Source: Anaerolineae bacterium (lineage in GTDB: Bacteria; Chloroflexota; Anaerolineae; B4-G1; DUEL01). Taken from it: DNA of 64,000 nucleotides. The stretch spans positions 11,511 to 75,510 of the forward strand of contig JBMFKS010000002.1 in the NCBI GenBank assembly GCA_049972045.1, in the 5' to 3' direction. Below the pieces are notes generated by a model that ran no database searches, had not been told where the DNA came from, and was given only the letters and a program-made list of their open reading frames with translations. This document shows positions 15,738 to 23,702 of this stretch, piece after piece; the first letter of the stretch is position 1; each line of letters starts with the position of its first letter. A program made the translations under genes and the position numbers.

Positions 15738-16850
15738 TTGAACTCCGCCATCCACTGGCGGGATGAGGTCCTGCCCCGCCACTTGGCCCGTCTGGCGGTC
15801 TCCTGGTGGCAGTGGAGCAGTGACCGACAGGCGTTCTGGCCGTTGCTGAGCCGCACCTCGGCGCATCTCGCGCTGGTGATCGCGGCCTGTCTGGCCCTCC
15901 TGCTGAGCACCATCCGTATCCCCGTCTGGGCCGCCCGTTCGCTGACCCCCGCGGCAGACCTCTTCGCTTCCCAGAACAATATCAGTGCCACTCAGGCCAC
16001 ACCGGCCGGAATGACTGCCCGCAGGGGGCATGCTCTCAAGCCGGACCCCTGGGCTCCGATCGCCCTGCGGGCCGATCCCCACACGGAAATCCCCAAACGC
16101 CCGCGCCTGGGCGTGATCACCTACACAGTCCAGTTAGGGGATACCGTGCAGGCGATCGCAGCCCAGTTTGACCTGCAACCCACCACCATTATGTGGGCAA
16201 ACCCCGCCGTGGAGGATGCCCCAGACCTGCTGCGCATCGGGCAGGAACTGGTCATTCTGCCCGTGGACGGAGTGTACCACACCGTCAAAGAGGGCGAGAC
16301 GCTGGAATCCATCGCCAAAAAATACAAGGTGGAAGTGGAAGCGATCACTTCCTGCCCGTATAACTCCCTCCAGCCCCCCGATTTCGCCATTGAGCCGGGG
16401 ATGAAACTGATCATCCCCGGCGGTGAGAAGCCCTGGGTGCCGAAAGTGGTGACCAGTTACACTGGGCCCATCCCCGAAGGGGCCCGGGGGACCGGCCTGT
16501 TCCAGTGGCCGGTGCTGGGCTATATCACCCAGGGATACTGGTACGGCCACCGGGCCATAGACATCGGCGTCCCGGTGGGCACGGCGGTCCACGCGGCCGA
16601 CGGCGGCTTCGTCAGTTTTGCCGGATGGACCGATGTCGGCTACGGTTACCTGATCGTTATTGACCACGCCAACGGTTTCGCCACCTACTACGCTCACCTG
16701 AGCAACTTCTACGTGATGGCCGGGCAGAAAGTGGAACGGGGCCAGGTCATCGGCGCCACCGGCAACACCGGCTGGTCCACCGGCCCGCATCTCCACTTTG
16801 AGATCCGCTACCTCGGCGTACCCCAGAACCCCCGCGCGTATCTCCCGTAG
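15738..16850 (+). CDS. M23-family (LytM-type) metallopeptidase with two LysM domains and an N-terminal membrane anchor
   Basis: LysM x2 ('YTVQLGDTVQAIAAQF...', 'YHTVKEGETLESIAKKY'). M23: 'HRAIDIG..GTAVHAADGG...GYGYLIVIDHANGFATYYAHL...GATGNTGWSTGPHLHFEIR'. The longest ORF starts at 15603, but the TTG at 15738 (after GGGGCGGG) fits the promoter/UTR better. Confidence 0.85.
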   Translation: MNSAIHWRDEVLPRHLARLAVSWWQWSSDRQAFWPLLSRTSAHLALVIAACLALLLSTIRIPVWAARSLTPAADLFASQNNISATQATPAGMTARRGHALKPDPWAPIALRADPHTEIPKRPRLGVITYTVQLGDTVQAIAAQFDLQPTTIMWANPAVEDAPDLLRIGQELVILPVDGVYHTVKEGETLESIAKKYKVEVEAITSCPYNSLQPPDFAIEPGMKLIIPGGEKPWVPKVVTSYTGPIPEGARGTGLFQWPVLGYITQGYWYGHRAIDIGVPVGTAVHAADGGFVSFAGWTDVGYGYLIVIDHANGFATYYAHLSNFYVMAGQKVERGQVIGATGNTGWSTGPHLHFEIRYLGVPQNPRAYLP

Positions 16851-16866
16851 GGGAATCACAGGAGGA

Positions 16867-16910
16867 AGAGGGGGTTGGGGGCTCTGTGGCCCCTGACCCC
16901 CTCTTTTCTT
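16867..16910 (+). terminator. Rho-independent terminator after the M23 peptidase gene
   Basis: agagggggt..accccctct followed by tttctt. Confidence 0.7.
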
Positions 16911-16937
16911 GACGCGGCAGGCCTTATCGGGTAGAAT
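16909..16937 (+). promoter_or_regulatory. sigma70-type promoter of mtnP (TTGACG-N17-TAGAAT)
   Basis: ttgacg at 16909-14 and tagaat at 16932-37. Confidence 0.6.
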
Positions 16938-16998
16938 ATCGCCAAAGGATTCCCGGAATCGGCCGTCATTCACCTGATCCGACAAAGGAGTGAGAACT

Positions 16999-17871
16999 AT
17001 GGCGGATATCCCCATTCGCATCGGCGTCATCGGCGGCTCCGGCCTCTACCAGATGGAAGGGCTGAGCGACGTGGAAGAGCGACGCATTTCCACCCCCTTC
17101 GGCGACCCGTCGGACGTCATCGTCACTGGGAGCCTGGAGGGGGTACGGGTGGCTTTCCTGGCCCGCCACGGGCGGGGCCACCGCATCATGCCCACCGAGG
17201 TCAACTACCGCGCCAACATCTATGCCCTCAAGACTCTGGGCGTGGAGTGGGTGGTCTCTATCTCTGCCTGTGGCTCCCTGCGGGAGCACATCCACCCGGG
17301 CGAAATCGTCATCCCCGACCAGTTGTTTGACTTCACCAAAAAGCGGGCCTACACGTTCTTCGGCAATGGACTGGTGGCCCACATCGGCGTCGCCGACCCC
17401 TTCTGCCCCAATCTCTCGGCCATGCTGGCCGACGCGGTGGAGACGGCGGGCGGCCGGGTCCATCGGGGCGGACGGTTCATCACCATTGAGGGGCCCCGTT
17501 TCTCCACCAGAGGGGAGAGTTTCACCTACCGCGCCTGGGGAATGGATATCATCGGTATGACCACCAGCCCGGAGGCGTTCCTGGCGCGGGAGGCGGAGAT
17601 GTGCTACGCGGTCATGGCCCACGTTACCGACTACGACGTCTGGCATGAGACGGAGGAGCCGGTGAATGTGGAGATGTTGCTCTCTACCCTGGCGGCCAAC
17701 GCCCAACTGGCCCAGCGGGCCATCCGCATCCTGGTCCCCCGCCTGGCCGCCGCCGAACGGGCCTGCGAGTGCGGCTCCACCCTTGCCACCGCGCTCATCA
17801 CCCAGCCCGACCTGGTCCCCGAAAGCCTCAAGCGGGACCTGGCGCCCCTCATCGGGAAGTACCTGAAGTGA
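16999..17871 (+). CDS. mtnP: S-methyl-5'-thioadenosine phosphorylase
   Basis: 'IGVIGGSGLY...FLARHGRGH...' matches the PNP/MTAP family. The start is the ATG at 16999 after GGAGTGAG. Confidence 0.9.
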   Translation: MADIPIRIGVIGGSGLYQMEGLSDVEERRISTPFGDPSDVIVTGSLEGVRVAFLARHGRGHRIMPTEVNYRANIYALKTLGVEWVVSISACGSLREHIHPGEIVIPDQLFDFTKKRAYTFFGNGLVAHIGVADPFCPNLSAMLADAVETAGGRVHRGGRFITIEGPRFSTRGESFTYRAWGMDIIGMTTSPEAFLAREAEMCYAVMAHVTDYDVWHETEEPVNVEMLLSTLAANAQLAQRAIRILVPRLAAAERACECGSTLATALITQPDLVPESLKRDLAPLIGKYLK

Positions 17872-17872
17872 T

Positions 17873-18376
17873 ATGTCGCCCGCCGCTCTTGTCGCCCGCA
17901 CCCGTCTTTTCCTGCGGACGAACCGGAAGGAAGTGGTCCGCTTCCTGAAGTTCTCCGTCGTCGGCACCATCGGCGCGGTGGTGGATTTCGGCACCCTCTA
18001 CCTCCTCCATGTGGTCGTCGGGCTCCCCATCGTCCTGGCCAACACCTGCTCCTTCACCGCCGCCGTCCTCAGCAACTTCACCTGGAACCGGTATTGGACG
18101 TACCCGGACTCCCGCTCCAAGCCCATCCGCATCCAACTGGCCCAGTTCTTCGTCGTCAACGTCGCCGGGTGGGGGATCAACACGGGCATCCTGGTCCTGC
18201 TGCGCTACCCCTGCGTTTCGCTGGTGGGGACGGCCACCCGCGCCCTGGCGCTCAGCCTGACCCCGGAAACCCTCTACAAACTGGGCTACAACCTGGCGAA
18301 GGCGATCGCGACCGGCGTCGTCCTCTTCTGGAATTTCTTCGTCAACCGCTTCTGGACTTACTCCGATGTCTCCTGA
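17873..18376 (+). CDS. GtrA-family membrane protein
   Basis: 'RFLKFSVVGTIGAVVDFGTLYLL...ANTCSFTAAVLSNFTWNRYWTY' is the GtrA signature. It has four TM helices. Confidence 0.85.
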   Translation: MSPAALVARTRLFLRTNRKEVVRFLKFSVVGTIGAVVDFGTLYLLHVVVGLPIVLANTCSFTAAVLSNFTWNRYWTYPDSRSKPIRIQLAQFFVVNVAGWGINTGILVLLRYPCVSLVGTATRALALSLTPETLYKLGYNLAKAIATGVVLFWNFFVNRFWTYSDVS

Positions 18377-18782
18377 AGGTCGGCCCGTCATCCGGATTCT
18401 CTTTGACGGCGGGAGCCGGGGGAACCCCGGGCCGGGCTACGGGAGTTACCACATCCAGTTTCCGGACGGGCGCGGAGAGACGGTCCGGCGGGACTTCGGG
18501 CGCCGGATGACGAACAACGAGGCGGAGTACCATACCCTGCTGGCGGCTCTGGAGGACCTGGCGGGCCGCCTGCGGAAGGAAGGGTGGGATCCGGCGGAGG
18601 TGACGGTGGACATCCGGGGCGACTCCGCGCTGGTTATCTCCCAACTGGTAGGCGAGTGGAAGGCCCGCCACCCGCGCATGCGGGCCCTGCGGGACCGGGC
18701 GCGGGCGTTGCTGGGAATCTTCGGGGGCTACCACCTGGAGCGGGTACCGCGCGCGGTCGCGCTCCGGCATCTGGGGCATTAG
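18366..18782 (+). CDS. rnhA: ribonuclease HI
   Basis: 'ILFDGGSRGNPGPGYGSY...TNNEAEYHTLLAAL...GDSALVISQ..G.WKA' carries the RNase H catalytic DEDD motifs. Confidence 0.88.
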   Translation: MSPEGRPVIRILFDGGSRGNPGPGYGSYHIQFPDGRGETVRRDFGRRMTNNEAEYHTLLAALEDLAGRLRKEGWDPAEVTVDIRGDSALVISQLVGEWKARHPRMRALRDRARALLGIFGGYHLERVPRAVALRHLGH

Positions 18783-18796
18783 CGGGGACGGTCGGG

Positions 18797-18838
18797 CTTG
18801 GCGGGGCGGCGCAGCCGCCCCGCCAAGCCCCTTTTCTA
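18797..18838 (+). terminator. Rho-independent terminator after rnhA
   Basis: cttggcggggcggc-gcag-gccgccccgccaag (14-bp perfect stem) followed by ccccttttct. Confidence 0.8.
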
Positions 18839-18861
18839 ACGCGTTTCTTGCGTCCGATTTC

Positions 18862-18890
18862 TTGATTTCCGCCGCCGGGTGTGGTAAAAT
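18862..18890 (+). promoter_or_regulatory. promoter of the YHS-copA copper module (TTGATT-N17-TGgTAAAAT, extended -10)
   Basis: ttgatt at 18862-67 and tggtaaaat at 18882-90. Confidence 0.6.
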
Positions 18891-18954
18891 AGATGACGAT
18901 CAACCAAATCGGGCGCCCCTCCGGCGGGCCCGAGCATCCTGTGGAGGTGATGAT

Positions 18955-19131
18955 ATGGCCGTGGACCCGGTCTGCAAAATGGAAGTGGATCCCGAGACCG
19001 CTCCGGCGAAGACGGTCTACAAGGGGCAGACGTACTATTTCTGCGCCACCGGTTGCAAAGTAGCCTTTGAGAAGGACCCGGAGAAGTACCTGCGGGAGAC
19101 CGAAAAGGCCGAAGGACACCATGCCCGGTAA
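18955..19131 (+). CDS. YHS/TRASH-domain metal-binding protein
   Basis: 'DPVCKMEVDPETA...YKGQTYYFCATGCKVAFEKDPEKY'. SD GGAGGTGA precedes the ATG at 18955. The longest ORF (from 18862) is rejected. Confidence 0.8.
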   Translation: MAVDPVCKMEVDPETAPAKTVYKGQTYYFCATGCKVAFEKDPEKYLRETEKAEGHHAR

Positions 19132-19220
19132 GCTCTCTCAACGGCAGAGACGATAGGAGTTCCCGTGGTGAGGGAATACGCCCCGCCGGCAGGCCGCCGG
19201 TTGGAGTGCAGGCCGCCAGC

Positions 19221-19352
19221 GCCGCTGCTCGTGTTGCGGCACGGAACGAAGTGAAGTGCCGCCGCTGCTGCTGCTCGTAGTGCGGCACGAAACGGAGTGA
19301 AGTGCCGCCGCTGCCGCTGCTCGTAGTGCGGCACGAAACGGAGTGAAGTGCC
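19221..19352. repeat. three tandem 40/46/46-bp repeats, each containing a hairpin (CGGCAC-N13-GTGCCG), between the YHS gene and copA
   Basis: Unit: gccgctgc(tgc)tgctcgtagtgcggcacgaaacggagtgaagtgcc. Units 2 and 3 differ by 1 nt. Confidence 0.85.
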
Positions 19353-19540
19353 GCTTCCGGCGCCACTCCGCTTCGCCCTCGGCCCAAGGCCTCGGCGCGA
19401 GCGAACCTCCTCGACCTGAGGCCGTCGCCCCGATGGGGCTCGCCCCGAGGGGCCGACGCCCGGCGCGACGCGCCCAGGGAGGCCGATTTCCCATCGGCGA
19501 AGTTTCTGCATCCTTCGGGTCTCCGGGATAAAGGAGCACT

Positions 19541-22003
19541 ATGGCTGAACAACGTATTTCCATCCCCGTTCGGGGCATGACCTGCGCTTCGTGCGTCGCC
19601 CATGTGGAGGGGGCCCTGCGCGGCGTGGATGGCGTGGAGGAAGTCGCCGTGAACCTGGCCACCGAGCGGGCCACCCTCCGCTTTGACCCCCGGGCCGTCC
19701 GCATGGCCGACCTGGTCCGCGCTGTGCAGGAGACCGGCTACGAGGTCCCCACCGAGACGGTGGTCCTCCCCATCGGCGGGATGACCTGCGCGGCTTGCGT
19801 CGCCCACGTGGAGGAAGCCCTGCGCGGGCTCCCGGGTGTCGTCTCCGCCTCGGTCAACCTGGCCACGGAGAAGGCGACGGTCACCTTCATCCCCGGCGTG
19901 GTGGGCATCCCCGACTTCCAGCGGGCGGTGGCGGAGGCCGGGTACGAAGTGCTGGAGGCCCCTGCCGAAAGGGCGGTGGCCGAAGAGGACGAGGCCGAGC
20001 GCAAAATGCGTGAGAGCCGCTTCCGCATGCGTGTCGCCTGGGCGTTCACCGTCCCCATCATCCTCTGGATGCTCCCCGAGATGCTCTGGGGGGTGATGTG
20101 GCCCAGCCACCTGGTCTTCCATCTGGGGATGATCCTCCTGGCCGCGCCCGTCCTCTTCTGGGTGGGCCGCCGGACCTACCGCAGTGGCCTCTCCGCCGCC
20201 CTGCACGGTTTCGCCAACATGGACACCCTCATCACCCTGGGCACGGGCGTCTCCTTCCTCACCGGCCCGGCGTCCTTCTTCTTCCCCGTCGCCAACTACG
20301 CCGGGGTGGCGGCGATGATTATGGCTTTCCACCTCACCGGCCGGTACGTGGAAGAGACGGCGAAAGGCCGCGCCTCCCAGGCCATCCGCAAACTCCTGGA
20401 ACTGGGCGCCAAAACGGCGCGCGTCGTCCGGGACGGGATAGAGGTGGAAGTGCCCATTGAGGAAGTCCAGGTGGGGGACCTGATGGTCGTCCGTCCGGGC
20501 GAGAAAATCCCCACCGACGGCGTCGTCCTGGAGGGGGAAAGCGCTGTGGACGAATCTATGGCCACCGGCGAGTCCATGCCCGTGGAGAAGCGCCCCGGCG
20601 ACGAGGTCATCGGCGCCACCGTCAACCAGGACGGACTCCTGAAGGTGCGGGCCACCCGGGTGGGGCGGGACACCTTCCTGGCCCAGGTCATCCGGCTGGT
20701 GGAGGAGGCGCAGGGCTCCAAAGTCCCCATCCAGGCCTTCGCCGACCGGGTAACCGCCGTCTTTGTGCCGATCGTGCTGGGGATCGCGCTTCTCACTCTG
20801 GTAGCCTGGCTGGCGTTTCCGGATTTGATGCGGACCCTGGTGACGGCCGGCTCCTTTTTGCCCTGGGTGAATCCGAACCTGGGGACCGTCACCTTGGCCA
20901 TCATCTCCACCGTCGCCGTCCTGGTGATTGCCTGTCCCTGCGCGCTGGGCCTGGCGACGCCCACCGCGCTCATGGTGGGAAGCGCCCGGGGCGCCGAGCG
21001 CGGCATCCTCATCCGCTCCGGCGAGGCCATCCAGACCCTCAAGGATGTGCGGGTGGTGGTTTTTGATAAGACGGGGACCCTCACGAAAGGGAAGCCCGCC
21101 GTGACCGACATCGTACCGGCCGAAGGGATGAGCGAAGAGGAACTCCTCTACCTGGCCGGGTCGGCGGAACGGGGGTCAGAGCATCCCCTGGGGCGGGCGG
21201 TGGTGGAGGGGGCCCTCGCCCGGGGCCTGGCGCTGGCGGACCCCGCCGAATTCCAGGCCCTGCGCGGCCGCGGGGTCGCGGCAACGGTGGACGGGAAACG
21301 GGTCCTGGTGGGCTCTCGGCGGCTCATGGAGGAGGCGGGGCTCCCCCCGGCCCTGCTGGAGGAGACCCTGCGCCGGCTGGAGGCGGAGGCAAAGACGGCC
21401 ATTCTGGTGGCGGTGGACGGCCGCCTGGGCGGAGTCCTGGCGGTGGCCGACCCGCTGAAGGAGGACGCCGTCGCTGCCGTGGAGGCCTTGCACCGGCTTG
21501 GCCTGCGGACGGCGATGCTCACCGGCGATAACCGCCGGACCGCGGAGGCTATCGCCCGGCGGGTGGGCATAGACGAAGTGCGGGCCGAGGTCCTCCCTGA
21601 AGGCAAAGTGGCGGAGGTCCGCCGCCTGCAGGAGCAGTACGGTCGGGTAGCCTTTGTGGGCGACGGCATCAACGACGCTCCCGCTCTCAAGGGAGCGGAC
21701 GTGGGTATCGCCATCGGGACGGGCACCGACATCGCCATTGAGGCCGGGGACGTGACCCTGGTGCGCGGGGAACTTTCGGGCGTCGTGGAGGCGATCCACC
21801 TTAGCCGGGCCACCTTCCGCAAAATCCGCCAGAACCTTTTCTGGGCCTTTTTCTATAACGTGGTGATGATCCCCCTGGCAGGGATGGGGTGGATGCATCC
21901 CGTGCTGGCGGAGATCGCCATGGCGACTTCTTCGGTAACGGTGGTGACCAACGCCAACACCCTGCGGCGGGTGGACATCCGGATGAATCCTGATTCGGGG
22001 TAA
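19541..22003 (+). CDS. copA: copper-translocating P1B-type ATPase with two N-terminal HMA domains
   Basis: [12 protein letters not shown] and [12 protein letters not shown] (HMA x2), [18 protein letters not shown]. Confidence 0.95.
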   Translation: MAEQRISIPVRGMTCASCVAHVEGALRGVDGVEEVAVNLATERATLRFDPRAVRMADLVRAVQETGYEVPTETVVLPIGGMTCAACVAHVEEALRGLPGVVSASVNLATEKATVTFIPGVVGIPDFQRAVAEAGYEVLEAPAERAVAEEDEAERKMRESRFRMRVAWAFTVPIILWMLPEMLWGVMWPSHLVFHLGMILLAAPVLFWVGRRTYRSGLSAALHGFANMDTLITLGTGVSFLTGPASFFFPVANYAGVAAMIMAFHLTGRYVEETAKGRASQAIRKLLELGAKTARVVRDGIEVEVPIEEVQVGDLMVVRPGEKIPTDGVVLEGESAVDESMATGESMPVEKRPGDEVIGATVNQDGLLKVRATRVGRDTFLAQVIRLVEEAQGSKVPIQAFADRVTAVFVPIVLGIALLTLVAWLAFPDLMRTLVTAGSFLPWVNPNLGTVTLAIISTVAVLVIACPCALGLATPTALMVGSARGAERGILIRSGEAIQTLKDVRVVVFDKTGTLTKGKPAVTDIVPAEGMSEEELLYLAGSAERGSEHPLGRAVVEGALARGLALADPAEFQALRGRGVAATVDGKRVLVGSRRLMEEAGLPPALLEETLRRLEAEAKTAILVAVDGRLGGVLAVADPLKEDAVAAVEALHRLGLRTAMLTGDNRRTAEAIARRVGIDEVRAEVLPEGKVAEVRRLQEQYGRVAFVGDGINDAPALKGADVGIAIGTGTDIAIEAGDVTLVRGELSGVVEAIHLSRATFRKIRQNLFWAFFYNVVMIPLAGMGWMHPVLAEIAMATSSVTVVTNANTLRRVDIRMNPDSG

Positions 22004-22011
22004 AAAGAACT

Positions 22012-22051
22012 CGTTGCGGCGGTGAAGCCGCCGCAACGAAAAACAATTTTT
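22012..22051 (+). terminator. Rho-independent terminator after copA
   Basis: cgttgcggcgg-tgaa-gccgccgcaacg followed by aaaaacaattttt. Confidence 0.8.
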
Positions 22052-22058
22052 GGGGGGC

Positions 22059-22104
22059 GGATGGGCAATCCGACCTACCCGGAAGCCGGATGGGCAATCC
22101 GACC
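22059..22104 (+). promoter_or_regulatory. 17-bp direct repeat x2 (GGATGGGCAATCCGACC) upstream of the FHA/OmpR-type regulator gene
   Basis: Copies at 22059-22075 and 22088-22104, identical, with 29-bp start-to-start spacing. Confidence 0.5.
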
Positions 22105-22242
22105 CGGGGAGGGTGGGCCATTACCGCCCTTAGCGGAGCGCGGGCGGGGAGCCAACATTGGCCTGGCGGCCCGCACTCCATTGGTAAGTGCGGAAGTTCC
22201 GTCCATCGTCAGCCACGAAGCGGGCGAGTTCTGTTCGTTGGT

Positions 22243-22900
22243 GATGGGAGATATGGAGGAGACGAGTGTCCCTATGCTGGTCGTCCTGGAAGGGGAGACG
22301 GTCGGGCAGCGGTGGCTGATCCAGGAAGACCAGGTGCTCATCGGCCGGGGTTCGGATTGCGACATCATCCTCCCGGAACGGCAGATTTCCCGCCATCACG
22401 CCCGTATTGAGCGGACGGCCGACGGTCGCTATCTCCTCTATGACCTGGGCAGCAAAAACGGCACCTGGGTGAACGGGGAGGAGGTGCGGGATACCCCCCG
22501 TCTGCTGCAGGACGGGGATGAGATTCAGTTCGCCCTCTGCGTAAGGATGACCTTCGTCGGCTCGGACGCGACGCTCCCGCTGGGCGGGGAGGGGCCGGTG
22601 CGGGGGATTCGGGTGGACCGGGCCGGACGACGGGTGTTTGTCGGCGGGCGAGAACTCTCTCCGCCCCTCTCTCCGGCCCAGTACCGGTTGCTGACCACCC
22701 TCTTAGATGCTCAAGGGCAGGTCGTCTCCCGGGATGACATCGTCCGCGCCGTCTGGCCCGATGAAGACGTCCGGGGCATCTCCGAGCAGGCCATAGACGC
22801 CCTGGTCCGCCGGCTGCGGGAACGGCTGGCGGAACTGGACCCCCAGCACGAGTACATTGTCACCTTGCGCGGGCACGGATTCCGGTTGGAAAACCGGTAG
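22243..22900 (+). CDS. FHA-domain protein with a C-terminal OmpR/PhoB-type winged-helix DNA-binding domain
   Basis: FHA: 'LIGRGSDCDIILPERQISRHHARIE..DGRYLLYDLGSKNGTWVNG'. wHTH: 'LSPAQYRLLTTLL...VVSRDDIVRAVW...ALVRRLRERL...IVTLRGHGFRL'. The start is uncertain; the ORF extends to 22022, but that stretch is low-complexity and contains the direct repeats. Confidence 0.75.
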
Positions 22901-22942
22901 CGGACCGGACGACAGACCACTGACCACAGACGACGAGCGACT

Positions 22943-23566
22943 ATGCACCGCTGGATACCGGGGTTGATCACGCTGGGGGCTCTGCTGGGGCTGGTGGGCG
23001 CGGTGGCTCCCTGGATTCCCCACCGGGCCGCCGCGCTCCGGCTGACCGCGCTGGACCTGTTTGTCGTCGTCCGGCTGCTGCCGCCGGTGCGGGACGGGGT
23101 GGTTCCGATTGCCCGCGAGTTGTTCCTCCTTCCCCTCCTGGCCCCGGCGGTAGTGCTGGCGCTGGCCCCGACCTTCTACATCCGGCCGCCCGGACTTTTC
23201 CGCTCCGCAGGCCCGCTGGTCGGAGCCGCCCTGGCGCTGACCATGCTCCCGCCCTATCCGCCCATCCTCATCGCCTGGCGCGATCCCCTCTACCGTGGCC
23301 AACTGTTTCTGGTGCTGGCGGCCTTCGTTCTGGCGCTGGCGGCGCTCTGGGCGCGGCGCATGCCAGAGCCGGTACGGGGCGGGCTGGCTGCCGTTTTGGC
23401 TCTGGGAGGCTGGCTACTCCCGTTTCTGGCCTTCCTCCGGGTACAGCCTCTCTTCGCCGCACTCTATGGGGCCCCGGTGGGCATCGGCTCGGGGGTCATC
23501 TGGAGCGCGCTGGGGGCCGGATTGGTCATGGTGGCCGGTATAGGGGCGGCGCTCCCCAACCGCTGA
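22943..23566 (+). CDS. hypothetical integral membrane protein
   Basis: Six or so hydrophobic helices. No motif recognised. Confidence 0.45.
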   Translation: MHRWIPGLITLGALLGLVGAVAPWIPHRAAALRLTALDLFVVVRLLPPVRDGVVPIARELFLLPLLAPAVVLALAPTFYIRPPGLFRSAGPLVGAALALTMLPPYPPILIAWRDPLYRGQLFLVLAAFVLALAALWARRMPEPVRGGLAAVLALGGWLLPFLAFLRVQPLFAALYGAPVGIGSGVIWSALGAGLVMVAGIGAALPNR

Positions 23567-23581
23567 TTGCCAATCCCCCCT

Positions 23582-23610
23582 TTGACACCCCTCCCATCCG
23601 ATGCTATAAT
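23582..23610 (+). promoter_or_regulatory. consensus sigma70 promoter TTGACA-N17-TATAAT upstream of the Lon-like protease gene
   Basis: ttgaca at 23582-87 and tataat at 23605-10. Confidence 0.7.
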
Positions 23611-23702
23611 CCCTATCAACCTTGCAATCTCGCAGTCGGGCCCTTTCTTCGCGCTCGCCGCATCCTCTGCGGTTCAGGTGAATCATCCGGGAGGTCCAGA
23701 CC

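Noticed and set aside
15319-15991. Three ORFs (15319-15648 +, 15443-15991 -, 56459-56899 -) sharing 'QLL(A/T)VALLEGA.THK'.
   Set aside because: The shared peptide is the translation of the ~75-bp repeated element in both orientations, not a conserved protein.
19181-19540. Possible CRISPR array (tandem repeats with hairpins).
   Set aside because: There are only three directly adjacent units with no unique spacers and no cas genes. It is a simple tandem duplication.
19035-19704. Minus-strand ORFs encoding repeated 'RRHFTPFRAALRAAAAAALH' peptides.
   Set aside because: They are translations of the three tandem 46-bp hairpin repeats in the YHS-copA spacer. There is no start context or codon bias.
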